Shown here one piece after another: positions 1 to 8,503 of a stretch of 54,272 nucleotides of DNA. Made by a program: the position numbers and the translations under genes. Below the pieces are notes generated by a model. It did no database searches, was not told where the DNA came from, and was given only the letters and a program-made list of their open reading frames with translations. Each line of letters opens with the position of its first letter. The first letter of the stretch is position 1. This DNA comes from a virus (taxonomy: Duplodnaviria > Caudoviricetes). The stretch covers positions 1 through 54,272 of the IMG/VR virus record IMGVR_UViG_3300035701_000040. One strand, given 5' to 3'.

Positions 1-127
1 CTGTCTTACCTGCGAAGCCGTTGCCAAGGTGGTCGATGAGAGGTTGATGGAGTGCGGGCATCGACGGCTGGACTGGATTGTCTGTGATGGTTGCGGTGGA
101 GATGGTCGTGAATGCACAAAGTGCCAC
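1..127. repeat. Terminal overlap copy 1 (identical to 54146-54272); marks a circular assembly
   Basis: Exact 127-nt match between the two ends. 127 is a common assembler k-mer length, and an ORF reads across the join. Confidence 0.95.
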
Positions 128-267
128 GGATTCAAGGGTTGGTGTCTCACCTGCGAAGCCGTCGCCAAGGCCCGCGAGGATGCGCTGGCTGAGGCACAGG
201 CGATAGTAGATCGTTGTGTCAGTCCCATAGACATTTCAGTAGAAATGCGCCGATTGCGAGGTGCGAA

Positions 268-792
268 ATGACACCTAATATCTACACCGTAAATGGTCTT
301 AAGTATGTCTCGCTCGATGCCTACGAAGCCCTCAAGGCCGAGCGCGACCAGCTTCGCCGTGAGATGGATGAAGCCTGGGAGCAAATTACACTCGCAAACT
401 CTGACGCAGGCGATGAAGCACGTAGGGCAAATAAGGTCGAGCTTGATGATGCGCGACCGACTCTATCGGCGCTTCAAGACTTGGTTCGCAAATTTGAAAC
501 TGCGCTTGACCTCGCGCTGGCGAAGTGCGCGGAGATAGGCGAGGCCTTGCACTCCATGGAAGTTGATATGCGCCAACGACTTGCCCCACTCCGAGAGGAA
601 AGTCGCAACGAACAGCGTGCGGACGACTTGGAATATTTTGCAGACTACATCCGCAACATCGCCAATAAGGCGACGATTGGACGCCAACCCTTGCTCGACC
701 AACTCAAGGCGCAGCGGGAACGCATCGAGGCGCTGGAGGCGGAGCGGAAAGATGGCCGAGGAGATGGGCGTCGAATCTCACACAGAGATTGA
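268..792 (+). CDS. Hypothetical coiled-coil protein
   Basis: ATG at 268 overlaps the upstream stop (ATGA) with GAGGTG upstream; heptad-like helical sequence. Confidence 0.6.
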   Translation: MTPNIYTVNGLKYVSLDAYEALKAERDQLRREMDEAWEQITLANSDAGDEARRANKVELDDARPTLSALQDLVRKFETALDLALAKCAEIGEALHSMEVDMRQRLAPLREESRNEQRADDLEYFADYIRNIANKATIGRQPLLDQLKAQRERIEALEAERKDGRGDGRRISHRD

Positions 793-845
793 CTGTGCGG
801 AAGAAGTCGAAAGGGTCCTCGCCGCGTGCGAGAAGGAGGCCAGCG

Positions 846-1034
846 ATGCTAGGTGATGGCGCTTGGCTATTTGTTTTGGGTTTGTCCGCCCTAGCGTTCG
901 AGAGTCTAATTATCGCTCTTTGGGCGGGCGCACCCTGGCCCATTCTATTCGGCCTTGCCATTTTAGGTTTGATATGGTTTCACATTAGTTGGGAATTTTG
1001 TGAGGAGGCCAGCGGGCCGGAGGTGAAGCCGTGA
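846..1034 (+). CDS. Small membrane protein (2 TM)
   Basis: AAGGAGG upstream of ATG 846; two hydrophobic stretches. Confidence 0.55.
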   Translation: MLGDGAWLFVLGLSALAFESLIIALWAGAPWPILFGLAILGLIWFHISWEFCEEASGPEVKP

Positions 1035-1258
1035 TAAGGTCAATCCACCAACTGTGCTGCTTGTGTCTAGGTCTGCTGCTATCAGCTAGTGTAGCACTAT
1101 TCAAAGAGCAGTGGACTTGGGCGCTGCTAGCGGTCTGCGTTCCGTGGGACAAGGTGTTCACCTACATGGACACTGTGCTCACTGAATGGTATGAGCATAG
1201 GAAGCAGAAGCGGGTCGAGCGACAAGAGCAGGCTATCTACACGAGGGGTGGCAACTAG
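1031..1258 (+). CDS. Small membrane protein
   Basis: GGAGGTG RBS; GTGA start/stop overlap; hydrophobic N-terminal half. Confidence 0.55.
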   Translation: MIRSIHQLCCLCLGLLLSASVALFKEQWTWALLAVCVPWDKVFTYMDTVLTEWYEHRKQKRVERQEQAIYTRGGN

Positions 1259-1261
1259 CAG

Positions 1262-3208
1262 ATGCTCACCAACGCCAGCGAACACTGCCTCTCCTGTCCT
1301 CAACGCGAGGTCGGTCAGAGCCGCATCTTGCCAGACGGACTCGTGAGCAGCGGGGTTGTGCTAGTCGGCGACTCACCTTACAAGGACGAGATTCGCTTAG
1401 GCAGGAACTTCAGTGGAGCGGCTGGCTACCTACTTGAGCGCCTGATTCGAGCTGTGAGCCGGGAGCGCAGTGAGTTCGGCGTAGCTAATACCATGTGGTG
1501 CTGCCCGCCGAGCTTAGGGTGGACAGACAAGTTTGCTGCTGCCCCAGCCCTAAGCAGTTGCAGAGCACACCTTGACGACTATCTCGCCTCCGTCCGCCCG
1601 CGCTGCATCGTGCCTATGGGTAATGTGGCCCTGCGCCGCATCTGCGACATTACAGGCATCGAGGCTCATCATGGCTACGTGCATGAGACTCCCTATGGGC
1701 TGGCGGTGCCGACCTTCCACCCCGCCTACTTGATTCGCGGCACAAGTGAAGTTGAGGGCCAGAAGTCTCGCAACCTGCGCTACTTCCCCGTGGTGGTGTT
1801 CGCGTTGCAGCGGGCGCTGGAGGTTGCGAGCGGGCGGTTCCAGAAACAGCCCGTCGAATACCTACTCGACCCAAGGCTGGAGGATGCCAAGGCTTATGTC
1901 GAACGCTGCCGTGAGCGCCAACTCGCTGACACCAGCGGAATCTACAGCTTTAGCTGTAGTAATGTAGTATCAAGTGAACACAGCTCGGGAGGTGCGCACG
2001 TTGCACCGACCCTCAAGACGGGCGAAGGAGCAGCCAGGGGTGACGGCGCTCATAGTGAGGGGGGGAACTCTGACGTAAGCATCCCCCCCTTTGTGGCTAG
2101 CCCTGGGGAGAGGCACCTGCTGGTGCCGACGGTCGCTGGGTTGTCGATGAGGATAGACCCGACAATGCCGACGGTCGGCAAGATTATAGGCATAAGCTCT
2201 CGGAGCAGCCAGAAGGCTGCGGCCCTGAGCGCAACAGCTTGTGGGCCAGATGCCGCAACCCGTGAGGGCGCGGGGGCTTCTACGTTTCTCAGCCTTTCCC
2301 CATCTGGCCCCAACCCCTCGGGCGGCGCGGCCCTCCAAGCGCCAGCCCTTGAGAGCGGCGGTGCGGGCGAGGGTAATCTCTGCCAAGGGCTACCTCCTGC
2401 CCGCATCCCGCTTCTATTCCTCGACCTTGAAACGCCGGAATCCTCAGCCTTCGAGGGCCAAGAAGAGGAGCCTCCGCAGTTCGCAGGCCGCAGGCTGAAG
2501 CTAGCTGGCCCCATTATCCGCTGTTCGTTCTCGCTATGGCCGGGGACGGCAGTGAGTTTTCCGTGGCAAGAGCCATTCATTAGTTGGGCGAAAGAGGTGA
2601 TTCAACGTGCTGATACGATTGCAGCCTGGAACGGCTATGACGCTGACTTTCCGAAATTGGGCGCAGAAGGAGTCTTGGGTGCAGGCATCAGAGGACGTTT
2701 ATCTACCGCCGGAGTACAACCTGTGCTGCTTGACCCGATGTGGGCCTGGCATTTCCTGCAAAGTGACCTACCCAAAGCCCTCGGCTTCGTCGCCCCGTTC
2801 TTCTACGACGGCCCGGCGTGGAAGCACCAAAGCGCGTCCGACCCTGCGTACTATAACGCAGTTGACTCAGACGCGGGGCTTAGAGCGCTTATCGGAACTA
2901 AGCAAGCGCTAGAGCGCCAAGGCCGTTGGGCGCGCTTCATGCGCCACTGCACCCAGACTCAGCCTATCTTTGAGCGCATGGGGTTCATTCAAGTTGACCG
3001 CGAGCAGCAGTCGGCGTTCCAAGCTCGACTGAAGCTGGAGTATGATGTTGCTCACGCTACACTGCAAACCAAGGCACCAGAGAGCATCAAGCCTGTGAAG
3101 GTCTGGAAGCGCCCGCCGAAGGATATGGCAGGGGTGCGAGCCGTCAAGGTGCCGACTGGGGAGCACCAAGGGCTGCTGGAACTGGAGGTGCCGGATGAGA
3201 ATACTTGA
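1262..3208 (+). CDS. DNA polymerase A, N-terminal part: family-4-like uracil-DNA glycosylase domain, long insert, 3'-5' exonuclease domain and start of the polymerase domain
   Basis: UDG: CLSC, VLVGDSPY, NFSGAAG, WCCPP, IVPMGNVA, TFHPAY. Exonuclease: ExoI FLDLET, ExoII AWNGYDADF, ExoIII YYNAVD. Confidence 0.85.
   Translation: MLTNASEHCLSCPQREVGQSRILPDGLVSSGVVLVGDSPYKDEIRLGRNFSGAAGYLLERLIRAVSRERSEFGVANTMWCCPPSLGWTDKFAAAPALSSCRAHLDDYLASVRPRCIVPMGNVALRRICDITGIEAHHGYVHETPYGLAVPTFHPAYLIRGTSEVEGQKSRNLRYFPVVVFALQRALEVASGRFQKQPVEYLLDPRLEDAKAYVERCRERQLADTSGIYSFSCSNVVSSEHSSGGAHVAPTLKTGEGAARGDGAHSEGGNSDVSIPPFVASPGERHLLVPTVAGLSMRIDPTMPTVGKIIGISSRSSQKAAALSATACGPDAATREGAGASTFLSLSPSGPNPSGGAALQAPALESGGAGEGNLCQGLPPARIPLLFLDLETPESSAFEGQEEEPPQFAGRRLKLAGPIIRCSFSLWPGTAVSFPWQEPFISWAKEVIQRADTIAAWNGYDADFPKLGAEGVLGAGIRGRLSTAGVQPVLLDPMWAWHFLQSDLPKALGFVAPFFYDGPAWKHQSASDPAYYNAVDSDAGLRALIGTKQALERQGRWARFMRHCTQTQPIFERMGFIQVDREQQSAFQARLKLEYDVAHATLQTKAPESIKPVKVWKRPPKDMAGVRAVKVPTGEHQGLLELEVPDENT
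1942..2406 (+). other. Hairpin-dense, low-complexity in-frame insert inside the polymerase gene (candidate structured RNA)
   Basis: Stems at 1942-1948/1953-1959, 2059-2066/2082-2089, 2112-2117/2122-2127, 2205-2210/2215-2220, 2243-2252/2301-2310, 2344-2351/2384-2391 and 2361-2368/2399-2406. The translation is G/S/A/P-rich. Confidence 0.5.
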
Positions 3209-3656
3209 TGTTTCCGCTGGCAAGAGGGCTGTCTGGTTCAACAAGCATCGTCCGATGGCTACCTACCTCGACATTCGTGCAGAGGTTGAGCCAGACATTG
3301 TGGCAGACAGCCGTAACATGCCACAATTTGTGGACTCGACCTATGACCTAGCTGTGTTTGACCCACCCCACGTTAACTTTAGTGCTAGCGCGGAGCTGTC
3401 ACGGACTTATGGGCACCATACTACAGCGGAGATTCGTGACATCATCTGCCCCACTGGTAAGGAGCTTAGTCGTGTTTTGCGCCCTGACGGGCTGCTAGCG
3501 CTAAAGTGGAATGACCACGACCAGAAGCTGAGCAGGATACTTGATTTGCTGCCCGACTTTGAGCCTCTATTCGGCCACAAGGTAGCTCAGCGCAATCTTA
3601 GAGTAAGCCAAACTTATTGGGTCATGCTCCGCAATCGGAAGTTCGATGCAAACTGA
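3195..3656 (+). CDS. Small SAM-dependent amino (N6-A/N4-C type) methyltransferase
   Basis: Motif I-like ILDVSAG, YLDIR, DIVAD; catalytic motif IV VFDPPH; GGAGGTG RBS at 3184. Confidence 0.85.
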   Translation: MRILDVSAGKRAVWFNKHRPMATYLDIRAEVEPDIVADSRNMPQFVDSTYDLAVFDPPHVNFSASAELSRTYGHHTTAEIRDIICPTGKELSRVLRPDGLLALKWNDHDQKLSRILDLLPDFEPLFGHKVAQRNLRVSQTYWVMLRNRKFDAN

Positions 3657-4830
3657 ACCCGTCTACATCACGCATTGGGAGAAGCTACTCGACTTCAACC
3701 CTCACTCTTGGCAGCAAGTCGGTGCGCTCATCAAGCACTGCGGCCTCGCCATGCCCCGCAAGCGTGGAGAGGACCGTGCAACCACTGAGGCCAAATACCT
3801 GCGCCGGTTCTCCAAGAAGCATGAGGTGTTCAAGTGGGTGCTCGAATGCCGTGAGCGCAAGAAGATGTTGAGCACCTATATGTGGCAGTTGGATGCCGAA
3901 GGGAAGGTGCATACAACCTATGGCTACCATCCGAGTACATGGCGCAAATCGAGCCGCAACGCCAACCTCCAAAATATTCCAGAGCGAAGTGACCTTGCAG
4001 GGAGCTTCCGGCGAATGCTCGTGGCAAGTCAAGGTCGAGTTCTCATCGAAGCCGACTCCAGTGCAATTGAGGCTGTGCTTGTCGGATATGGCGCGGGCTC
4101 TGAGCGATACATTCGCCTCGCCAAAGCGGGGATTCATGGATGGCTAGCCTCCTACTGGCTCGGTTGCCCCATCCCCCTCGACCTACCCGATGGAGAGCTG
4201 GCGCGGCGCTGCAAGGAGATGAAGAAGCTCAACCCGCCCGTCTACGAAGCCTGCAAGCGCGGTGGGATTCACGGCCCTAACTACCTGCTCACCTCACATG
4301 GCACCTATGACGAGTACGCTGAGCTGTTCCCCAAAGGGCTCAAGCAGGTCAAGGAGCTGCATGAGCTGTACTTCTCCCTGCCTCCCGGCCAAGACGTGAA
4401 GCGCTGGCAGCAAGCGACAATGGAACGTGCTCATGCTCAGCACTACCTCGACAACCACTTTGGCTATCGCCACTACTTCTACGACGTGTTCACTTGGGAC
4501 AGGAAGCGCGAGGGCTGGGGATTGGGCACCGACGCCAAGCGAGCTGTGGCCTTTGTGCCGCAGTCGGATGCGAGCGCCATTCAGACGGAAATCCTGCTCA
4601 AGCTCGCTGATACTGCTGTAGCTCCTTGGATGAGGTTGATTGTACATGACTCCCTCATCTTAGAGGCGCCAGAGGAGCAGGTGGACGTGGCTGTGGCACT
4701 CACTCAGCAGGTGTTCACAAGCTCGTGGCCGGAGCTGGGTGGGCTCAGCATCGGCTGCGAAGTGAGCATGGGCCGCAACCTAGCCCCCTTCGACGCGGCC
4801 ACGAACCCAGATGGAATGAGGAGCATATGA
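3646..4830 (+). CDS. DNA polymerase A, C-terminal polymerase domain
   Basis: FNPHSWQQV, TWRKSSRNANLQNIP, motif A LIEADSSAIE, motif B-like KRGGIHGPNY, motif C LIVHDSLILE. Confidence 0.93.
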   Translation: MQTEPVYITHWEKLLDFNPHSWQQVGALIKHCGLAMPRKRGEDRATTEAKYLRRFSKKHEVFKWVLECRERKKMLSTYMWQLDAEGKVHTTYGYHPSTWRKSSRNANLQNIPERSDLAGSFRRMLVASQGRVLIEADSSAIEAVLVGYGAGSERYIRLAKAGIHGWLASYWLGCPIPLDLPDGELARRCKEMKKLNPPVYEACKRGGIHGPNYLLTSHGTYDEYAELFPKGLKQVKELHELYFSLPPGQDVKRWQQATMERAHAQHYLDNHFGYRHYFYDVFTWDRKREGWGLGTDAKRAVAFVPQSDASAIQTEILLKLADTAVAPWMRLIVHDSLILEAPEEQVDVAVALTQQVFTSSWPELGGLSIGCEVSMGRNLAPFDAATNPDGMRSI

Positions 4831-5042
4831 GCCGAGTAGCTATCCGGGCGAGGCACATCCAACCCTTTATGAACTTTAACTATTGGATTGAGCTGGACGG
4901 AGAGTTCATCTCAAATGAGCTTGACTTGTCTGAAGCAGAGCGTAAGGCCCAGAAGATTGCATCTGCTCTAGGGGAGCAGAAATTTGACCGATTGGACTTC
5001 TGGAGTGCGCCTTTGGAAGTCAAGTGTAACTTGATTGAATGA
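4827..5042 (+). CDS. Hypothetical protein
   Basis: ATGA overlap with the polymerase stop; GAGGAG RBS. Confidence 0.55.
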   Translation: MSRVAIRARHIQPFMNFNYWIELDGEFISNELDLSEAERKAQKIASALGEQKFDRLDFWSAPLEVKCNLIE

Positions 5043-5052
5043 GAGGTGTGTG

Positions 5053-5256
5053 ATGGACTATGAGGAGCTGATGGGATGGTTGGAGAGCATCGACCCGGAG
5101 GTTGGCTTACTGTCGCTGTACGATACTTGGGACGGTGAGCGTGTAACAAAAGTGCAGTTAAAGGTTCGACAACTAGCACGTGAACTCAGACGTGAACACT
5201 ACCTATTCCCCAAGGAGGAACTATGTCACTCGTCGATGACATCAAGAAGTGGGTGA
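5053..5256 (+). CDS. Hypothetical protein
   Basis: GAGAGGTG RBS before ATG 5053. Confidence 0.5.
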   Translation: MDYEELMGWLESIDPEVGLLSLYDTWDGERVTKVQLKVRQLARELRREHYLFPKEELCHSSMTSRSG

Positions 5257-5543
5257 ACATCTTCAGTCCGGCAATCGCTGCCATCCCCGGTGTAGGGCCA
5301 GCGATGCCCTACGTCAGCATGGCCTTCGTCGCCATCGGTGAAGCTGAGCTGGCTCTCGGCCCCGGTAAAGGCCCGGAGAAACTCCAGCACGCCGTCAACG
5401 CTGCTGCGGACGCCATCAACATCTACAATGCAGCGATGGGAAAGAACTTCAACACCAGCGACATGATGGCTGCGCTAACCGATATGGTCAACGCTGGCGT
5501 GCGGTTCTGTAATGCGGTGGGGGCGTTCAAGAAGTCTAGTTAG
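5223..5543 (+). CDS. Hydrophobic helical protein, possibly holin-like
   Basis: AAGGAGG RBS; amphipathic N-terminus and GxGPEKL motif reminiscent of LL-H-type holins; stop overlaps the stop of the convergent lysin ORF. Confidence 0.45.
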   Translation: MSLVDDIKKWVNIFSPAIAAIPGVGPAMPYVSMAFVAIGEAELALGPGKGPEKLQHAVNAAADAINIYNAAMGKNFNTSDMMAALTDMVNAGVRFCNAVGAFKKSS

Positions 5544-5873
5544 GCGTCTACACCCTCAACCGGCTCCGGCGGGTTCTGGTAGTCCGCTACGACCTCAAGG
5601 AGCCTATGGCCCGATAGCCACACCCTCTCGCGGGTTGCTCGCGCCATGATGATGCAGCCGTGTGAGGCAGTGTCGGGCAGTTTTACGCTGTCGCCGTGCA
5701 TGAGGAAGCCGGAGCGTCCGAACATCTGGTTGGTGGGGGCGGGCTGTAGCTCCATTACAAATGGCCCGTGTGTAGGTGTGTCGTGTGGGGGGTGAATCGT
5801 GCCCTGCGTAGCCTGTGGCGGAGTGGAGCCCATTGTGGTAGAGTTTGCCTGTGCGCTGCTCACAGGTCCACAC
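5540..5873 (-). pseudogene. Tlde1/DUF2778-like L,D-transpeptidase-fold peptidoglycan enzyme (putative lysin) with an internal frameshift at about 5800
   Basis: N-terminus MWTCEQRTGKLY..TGYAG is in one frame; catalytic region GRSGFLMHGD..ASHGCII is in another. Confidence 0.65.
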
Positions 5874-5874
5874 G

Positions 5875-6174
5875 CTATACAGCCTTCCTCTCGTCAGCCC
5901 GCTCGTGACGACGGTCGATGGCGTCTAGGTGCTCCTTCATAGAATCCTGAATCGCCGTCAGTTGAATGGTAGCGCCCTCCACCAGCCGAATCCGCTCATC
6001 ATGCTGCCCAGAGATGACCTGCAACGACTCGATGCCCCGCTCAATCGCTTGGAGGAGGTAGTCGCGCTTCCCCTTCTGCCAAAGGTATACCGCGACCGCG
6101 ATGCAGAAGGCCATCGTCAGCACGTCACCAACGCTTACGTTGGCTTCCAGCCCCACAGCGAATGGAGGAGTCAT
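5875..6174 (-). CDS. Single-TM plus coiled-coil protein (holin/spanin-like candidate)
   Basis: GGAGG RBS; TM segment VLTMAFCIAVAVYLW followed by a coiled coil; lies next to the lysin. Confidence 0.55.
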   Translation of the reverse strand: MTPPFAVGLEANVSVGDVLTMAFCIAVAVYLWQKGKRDYLLQAIERGIESLQVISGQHDERIRLVEGATIQLTAIQDSMKEHLDAIDRRHERADERKAV

Positions 6175-6413
6175 GGGGTTGGACCTCCTCCAACGGGAGG
6201 CAGGGAGTTGCCGCCTCCTAGCAAACTGCGCACCGCTGGGATGCGGAAGGCGTTCCCCGCAACAAGCTGGCTGATGTCGTGTAGCCAGCCATAGAGAAAC
6301 GCATACCATGCCGCGCCCCCTGGCTGTGGAGACGGCAGCCTGCCTACCGCTGTTGAGAACAGGTAGAACAGTGACAGTGACAACAATCCGTGAGCGTTAA
6401 TCCAATCGAGCAT
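6171..6413 (-). CDS. Small membrane protein, holin candidate
   Basis: GGAGG RBS; two hydrophobic segments; lysis-region context. Confidence 0.55.
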   Translation of the reverse strand: MLDWINAHGLLSLSLFYLFSTAVGRLPSPQPGGAAWYAFLYGWLHDISQLVAGNAFRIPAVRSLLGGGNSLPPVGGGPTP

Positions 6414-6714
6414 GTTTAGTTTCCTCCTCCTCAGATTCCTCTTCCTCTTTCTCGTGTGAGAGCAGCGGGAACTCCTCGCCGTCTGCCGTCCAGAACTTGC
6501 ACACCCAGTCCGCTTTGATGTCCTTGTCGCCTTCTAGCCTCACAATCTCACAGGTTGATGCAGGCCGCACAAGGTTCTCGAAGAAGTGAATGCACCTCCG
6601 GCAACGCTCCGGGCCACTGGCTTCTTCGTAGTCCACTTCCTCCGGGCCGAACTTGGTTGGTCGGTCTGCGAGCAGGTCTTGGTAGTCAGCAAATGATGCG
6701 GTGTCTTCAGCCAT
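6397..6714 (-). CDS. HiPIP-like four-cysteine protein with acidic tail
   Basis: Y..ERCRRCIHF..TCEIV..I..DWVCKFW matches the HiPIP cysteine spacing. Confidence 0.6.
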   Translation of the reverse strand: MAEDTASFADYQDLLADRPTKFGPEEVDYEEASGPERCRRCIHFFENLVRPASTCEIVRLEGDKDIKADWVCKFWTADGEEFPLLSHEKEEEESEEEETKHARLD

Positions 6715-6716
6715 AG

Positions 6717-7010
6717 TTACTCGTTGACCGTGATTGAGAACCGGCCTTGTGTCTCCTTACACACGACATCGAATTGGTAGTCGTTAGCGCGTAGCGGCGC
6801 GCCGGAGATAGTACCGTCCGACTTGATTCCGAGCCCGCCTGGGAGCATATACTTAACGTCTCTTGGGGCTGGGGGCTTGTTGGAGACGCGGCAGCCAGTC
6901 AAGTTGTCCCCAACTTTAGCTGAATAAACTCTGCCGACGGCTCCATCGGGCAGCGGGATGACTGCCTTCGGGCTGTGTGCTAGTGCAATCGCTAGAATCA
7001 GTGTGGTCAT
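6717..7010 (-). CDS. Signal-peptide protein with a single putative Ig (He_PIG-like) domain
   Basis: Hydrophobic N-terminus; LPDGAVGRVYS..LPGGLGIKSDGTISGAP..FSITV. Confidence 0.65.
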   Translation of the reverse strand: MTTLILAIALAHSPKAVIPLPDGAVGRVYSAKVGDNLTGCRVSNKPPAPRDVKYMLPGGLGIKSDGTISGAPLRANDYQFDVVCKETQGRFSITVNE

Positions 7011-7011
7011 A

Positions 7012-8496
7012 CTATGGCCCTACCTTTACTGTGCTTTCCATCTTGTAATAGCCGAAGTCAAGGGTCTTCGCGGCGGCGTTGAGAGCGGTAATGGAGAAGT
7101 ACCAGTTCAATGCATAGCCATCTGTGAAGGTTGCTGCCTTAGTTGCTACAGTTGCCCCGTCTATCCTCCAAGTGACTTGTGCATCGGCGGCGCTGTAGCT
7201 AGTCACGAACTTATGCCAGTTTGTGTCTGGGGCTACTCCTGTGTCTGCTAGCTGCAAGCTCCCATTATTAACTTGTAGAGCTGCCATCCAGTGTGTGTCC
7301 CCTGCTCCGCCAGTTCCACTGGAGTATCTCCACATTGCTATGTCTTGTGTGGAACCGATGGTCGGGTCGTCCTCCGTTTGAAATGAGACAGCTAGAACGT
7401 TAGTGCAACCAAGCCAGACACGCTCCTGCGTGGTCTGGTTAACTCTCACATACATCGTGCATGTCCATGTTGGTGCAGTGTCACCGACATACTCCTCCAG
7501 TAGTTGCTTTATCTCAGTGACGCTTGCGGCTGAGCCGTCCGTACCATATCTAACGTAGCAGTGGGAAGCCCCGGAAAGTGGTAGAGTTGCAAACACTTGA
7601 GTTGAGTAGCTGTCAAGTGGTGTGTCATCTGCTCCAAAGCCTTGAAACAACCAATTCTCGCAGAACGGTATGAACGTGTCTGTCTTATCAGGAGTCGCTG
7701 CTGCTACCCCGCCTCCACAAGTCGCGCAGCCATTGATGGTGTAGGTCACTCGATTGTTCGTAGGGTCGTCAGCAGCACTGACAGTGATGTTGTCCGGCCC
7801 CGCGATGATGTTGACTCCCAGCCTACCTACTGAGTTCACTGGTGTCGCTGAGTTCTGGTAGAAGTTGAAGTTCTGCCACGTTGGGAGCGTCGCCGCAGCG
7901 TTCATGGCAGGCAACTGGCTGGCTGCACCCTTGGCAAAGCGTTCCCAAGTCTGCGCTAGGCTGCCACGAATCAGGTCGCCAACTTCAGGCGGTGTGTAGG
8001 GGATGGTGTCAAGGTGAGTTGCTGATAGCAGGTTGTGAGACGTTGCTGCTATGCAAGGTGCCGCGTTGAGCTGCACTTGAAGTTGCGCTGTGATGTTCTT
8101 AGTCGGCCCGCTGGTAATGAACGTGATGTTGACCCAAGGTGAGCCGCTTGCGCCGATGGCCGTAGCTTGCTTAGTGCCAATGCTGAAAAACCACGAGGTT
8201 GAGGTCACGCTACCCGTAGAAATCTGCGCGTTGTCAGCGAGCACTATGCTCAAGTCGCCGTGAGCATCGGTGAGCTGTCCTACAACAACCCTCTGTGGCA
8301 CAATAGTTGTTGTCCCTGTGAAGGTCGGCTGAGTGCTAGCGTCAGCGGGCACAACCAAGCTGGCGTTATAGGGCACGTTGGCAAGCGGCTGACCACAAGC
8401 ATCGTTCAGCGCCGTAGCTGTGACCGTCGTGTACTGAGCTTGAGCACAAGCTGCTGCAAGTAGGATGAATACAATGCTGAGTAGTGCTCTCTTCAT
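7012..8496 (-). CDS. Signal-peptide-bearing fibre/lectin-like protein
   Basis: MKRALLSIVFILLAAACAQA|Q signal; N-domain resembles that of 23715-25310; beta-rich ConA-like C-domain. Confidence 0.7.
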   Translation of the reverse strand: MKRALLSIVFILLAAACAQAQYTTVTATALNDACGQPLANVPYNASLVVPADASTQPTFTGTTTIVPQRVVVGQLTDAHGDLSIVLADNAQISTGSVTSTSWFFSIGTKQATAIGASGSPWVNITFITSGPTKNITAQLQVQLNAAPCIAATSHNLLSATHLDTIPYTPPEVGDLIRGSLAQTWERFAKGAASQLPAMNAAATLPTWQNFNFYQNSATPVNSVGRLGVNIIAGPDNITVSAADDPTNNRVTYTINGCATCGGGVAAATPDKTDTFIPFCENWLFQGFGADDTPLDSYSTQVFATLPLSGASHCYVRYGTDGSAASVTEIKQLLEEYVGDTAPTWTCTMYVRVNQTTQERVWLGCTNVLAVSFQTEDDPTIGSTQDIAMWRYSSGTGGAGDTHWMAALQVNNGSLQLADTGVAPDTNWHKFVTSYSAADAQVTWRIDGATVATKAATFTDGYALNWYFSITALNAAAKTLDFGYYKMESTVKVGP

Positions 8497-8503
8497 GCTC
8501 ACC

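Noticed and set aside
1930-2410. Intein or classical group I/II intron in the polymerase
   Set aside because: I could not identify an intein C-terminal HN-(C/S/T) junction, a homing endonuclease, a group II domain V or group I core elements by eye. Kept only as an unexplained structured insert.
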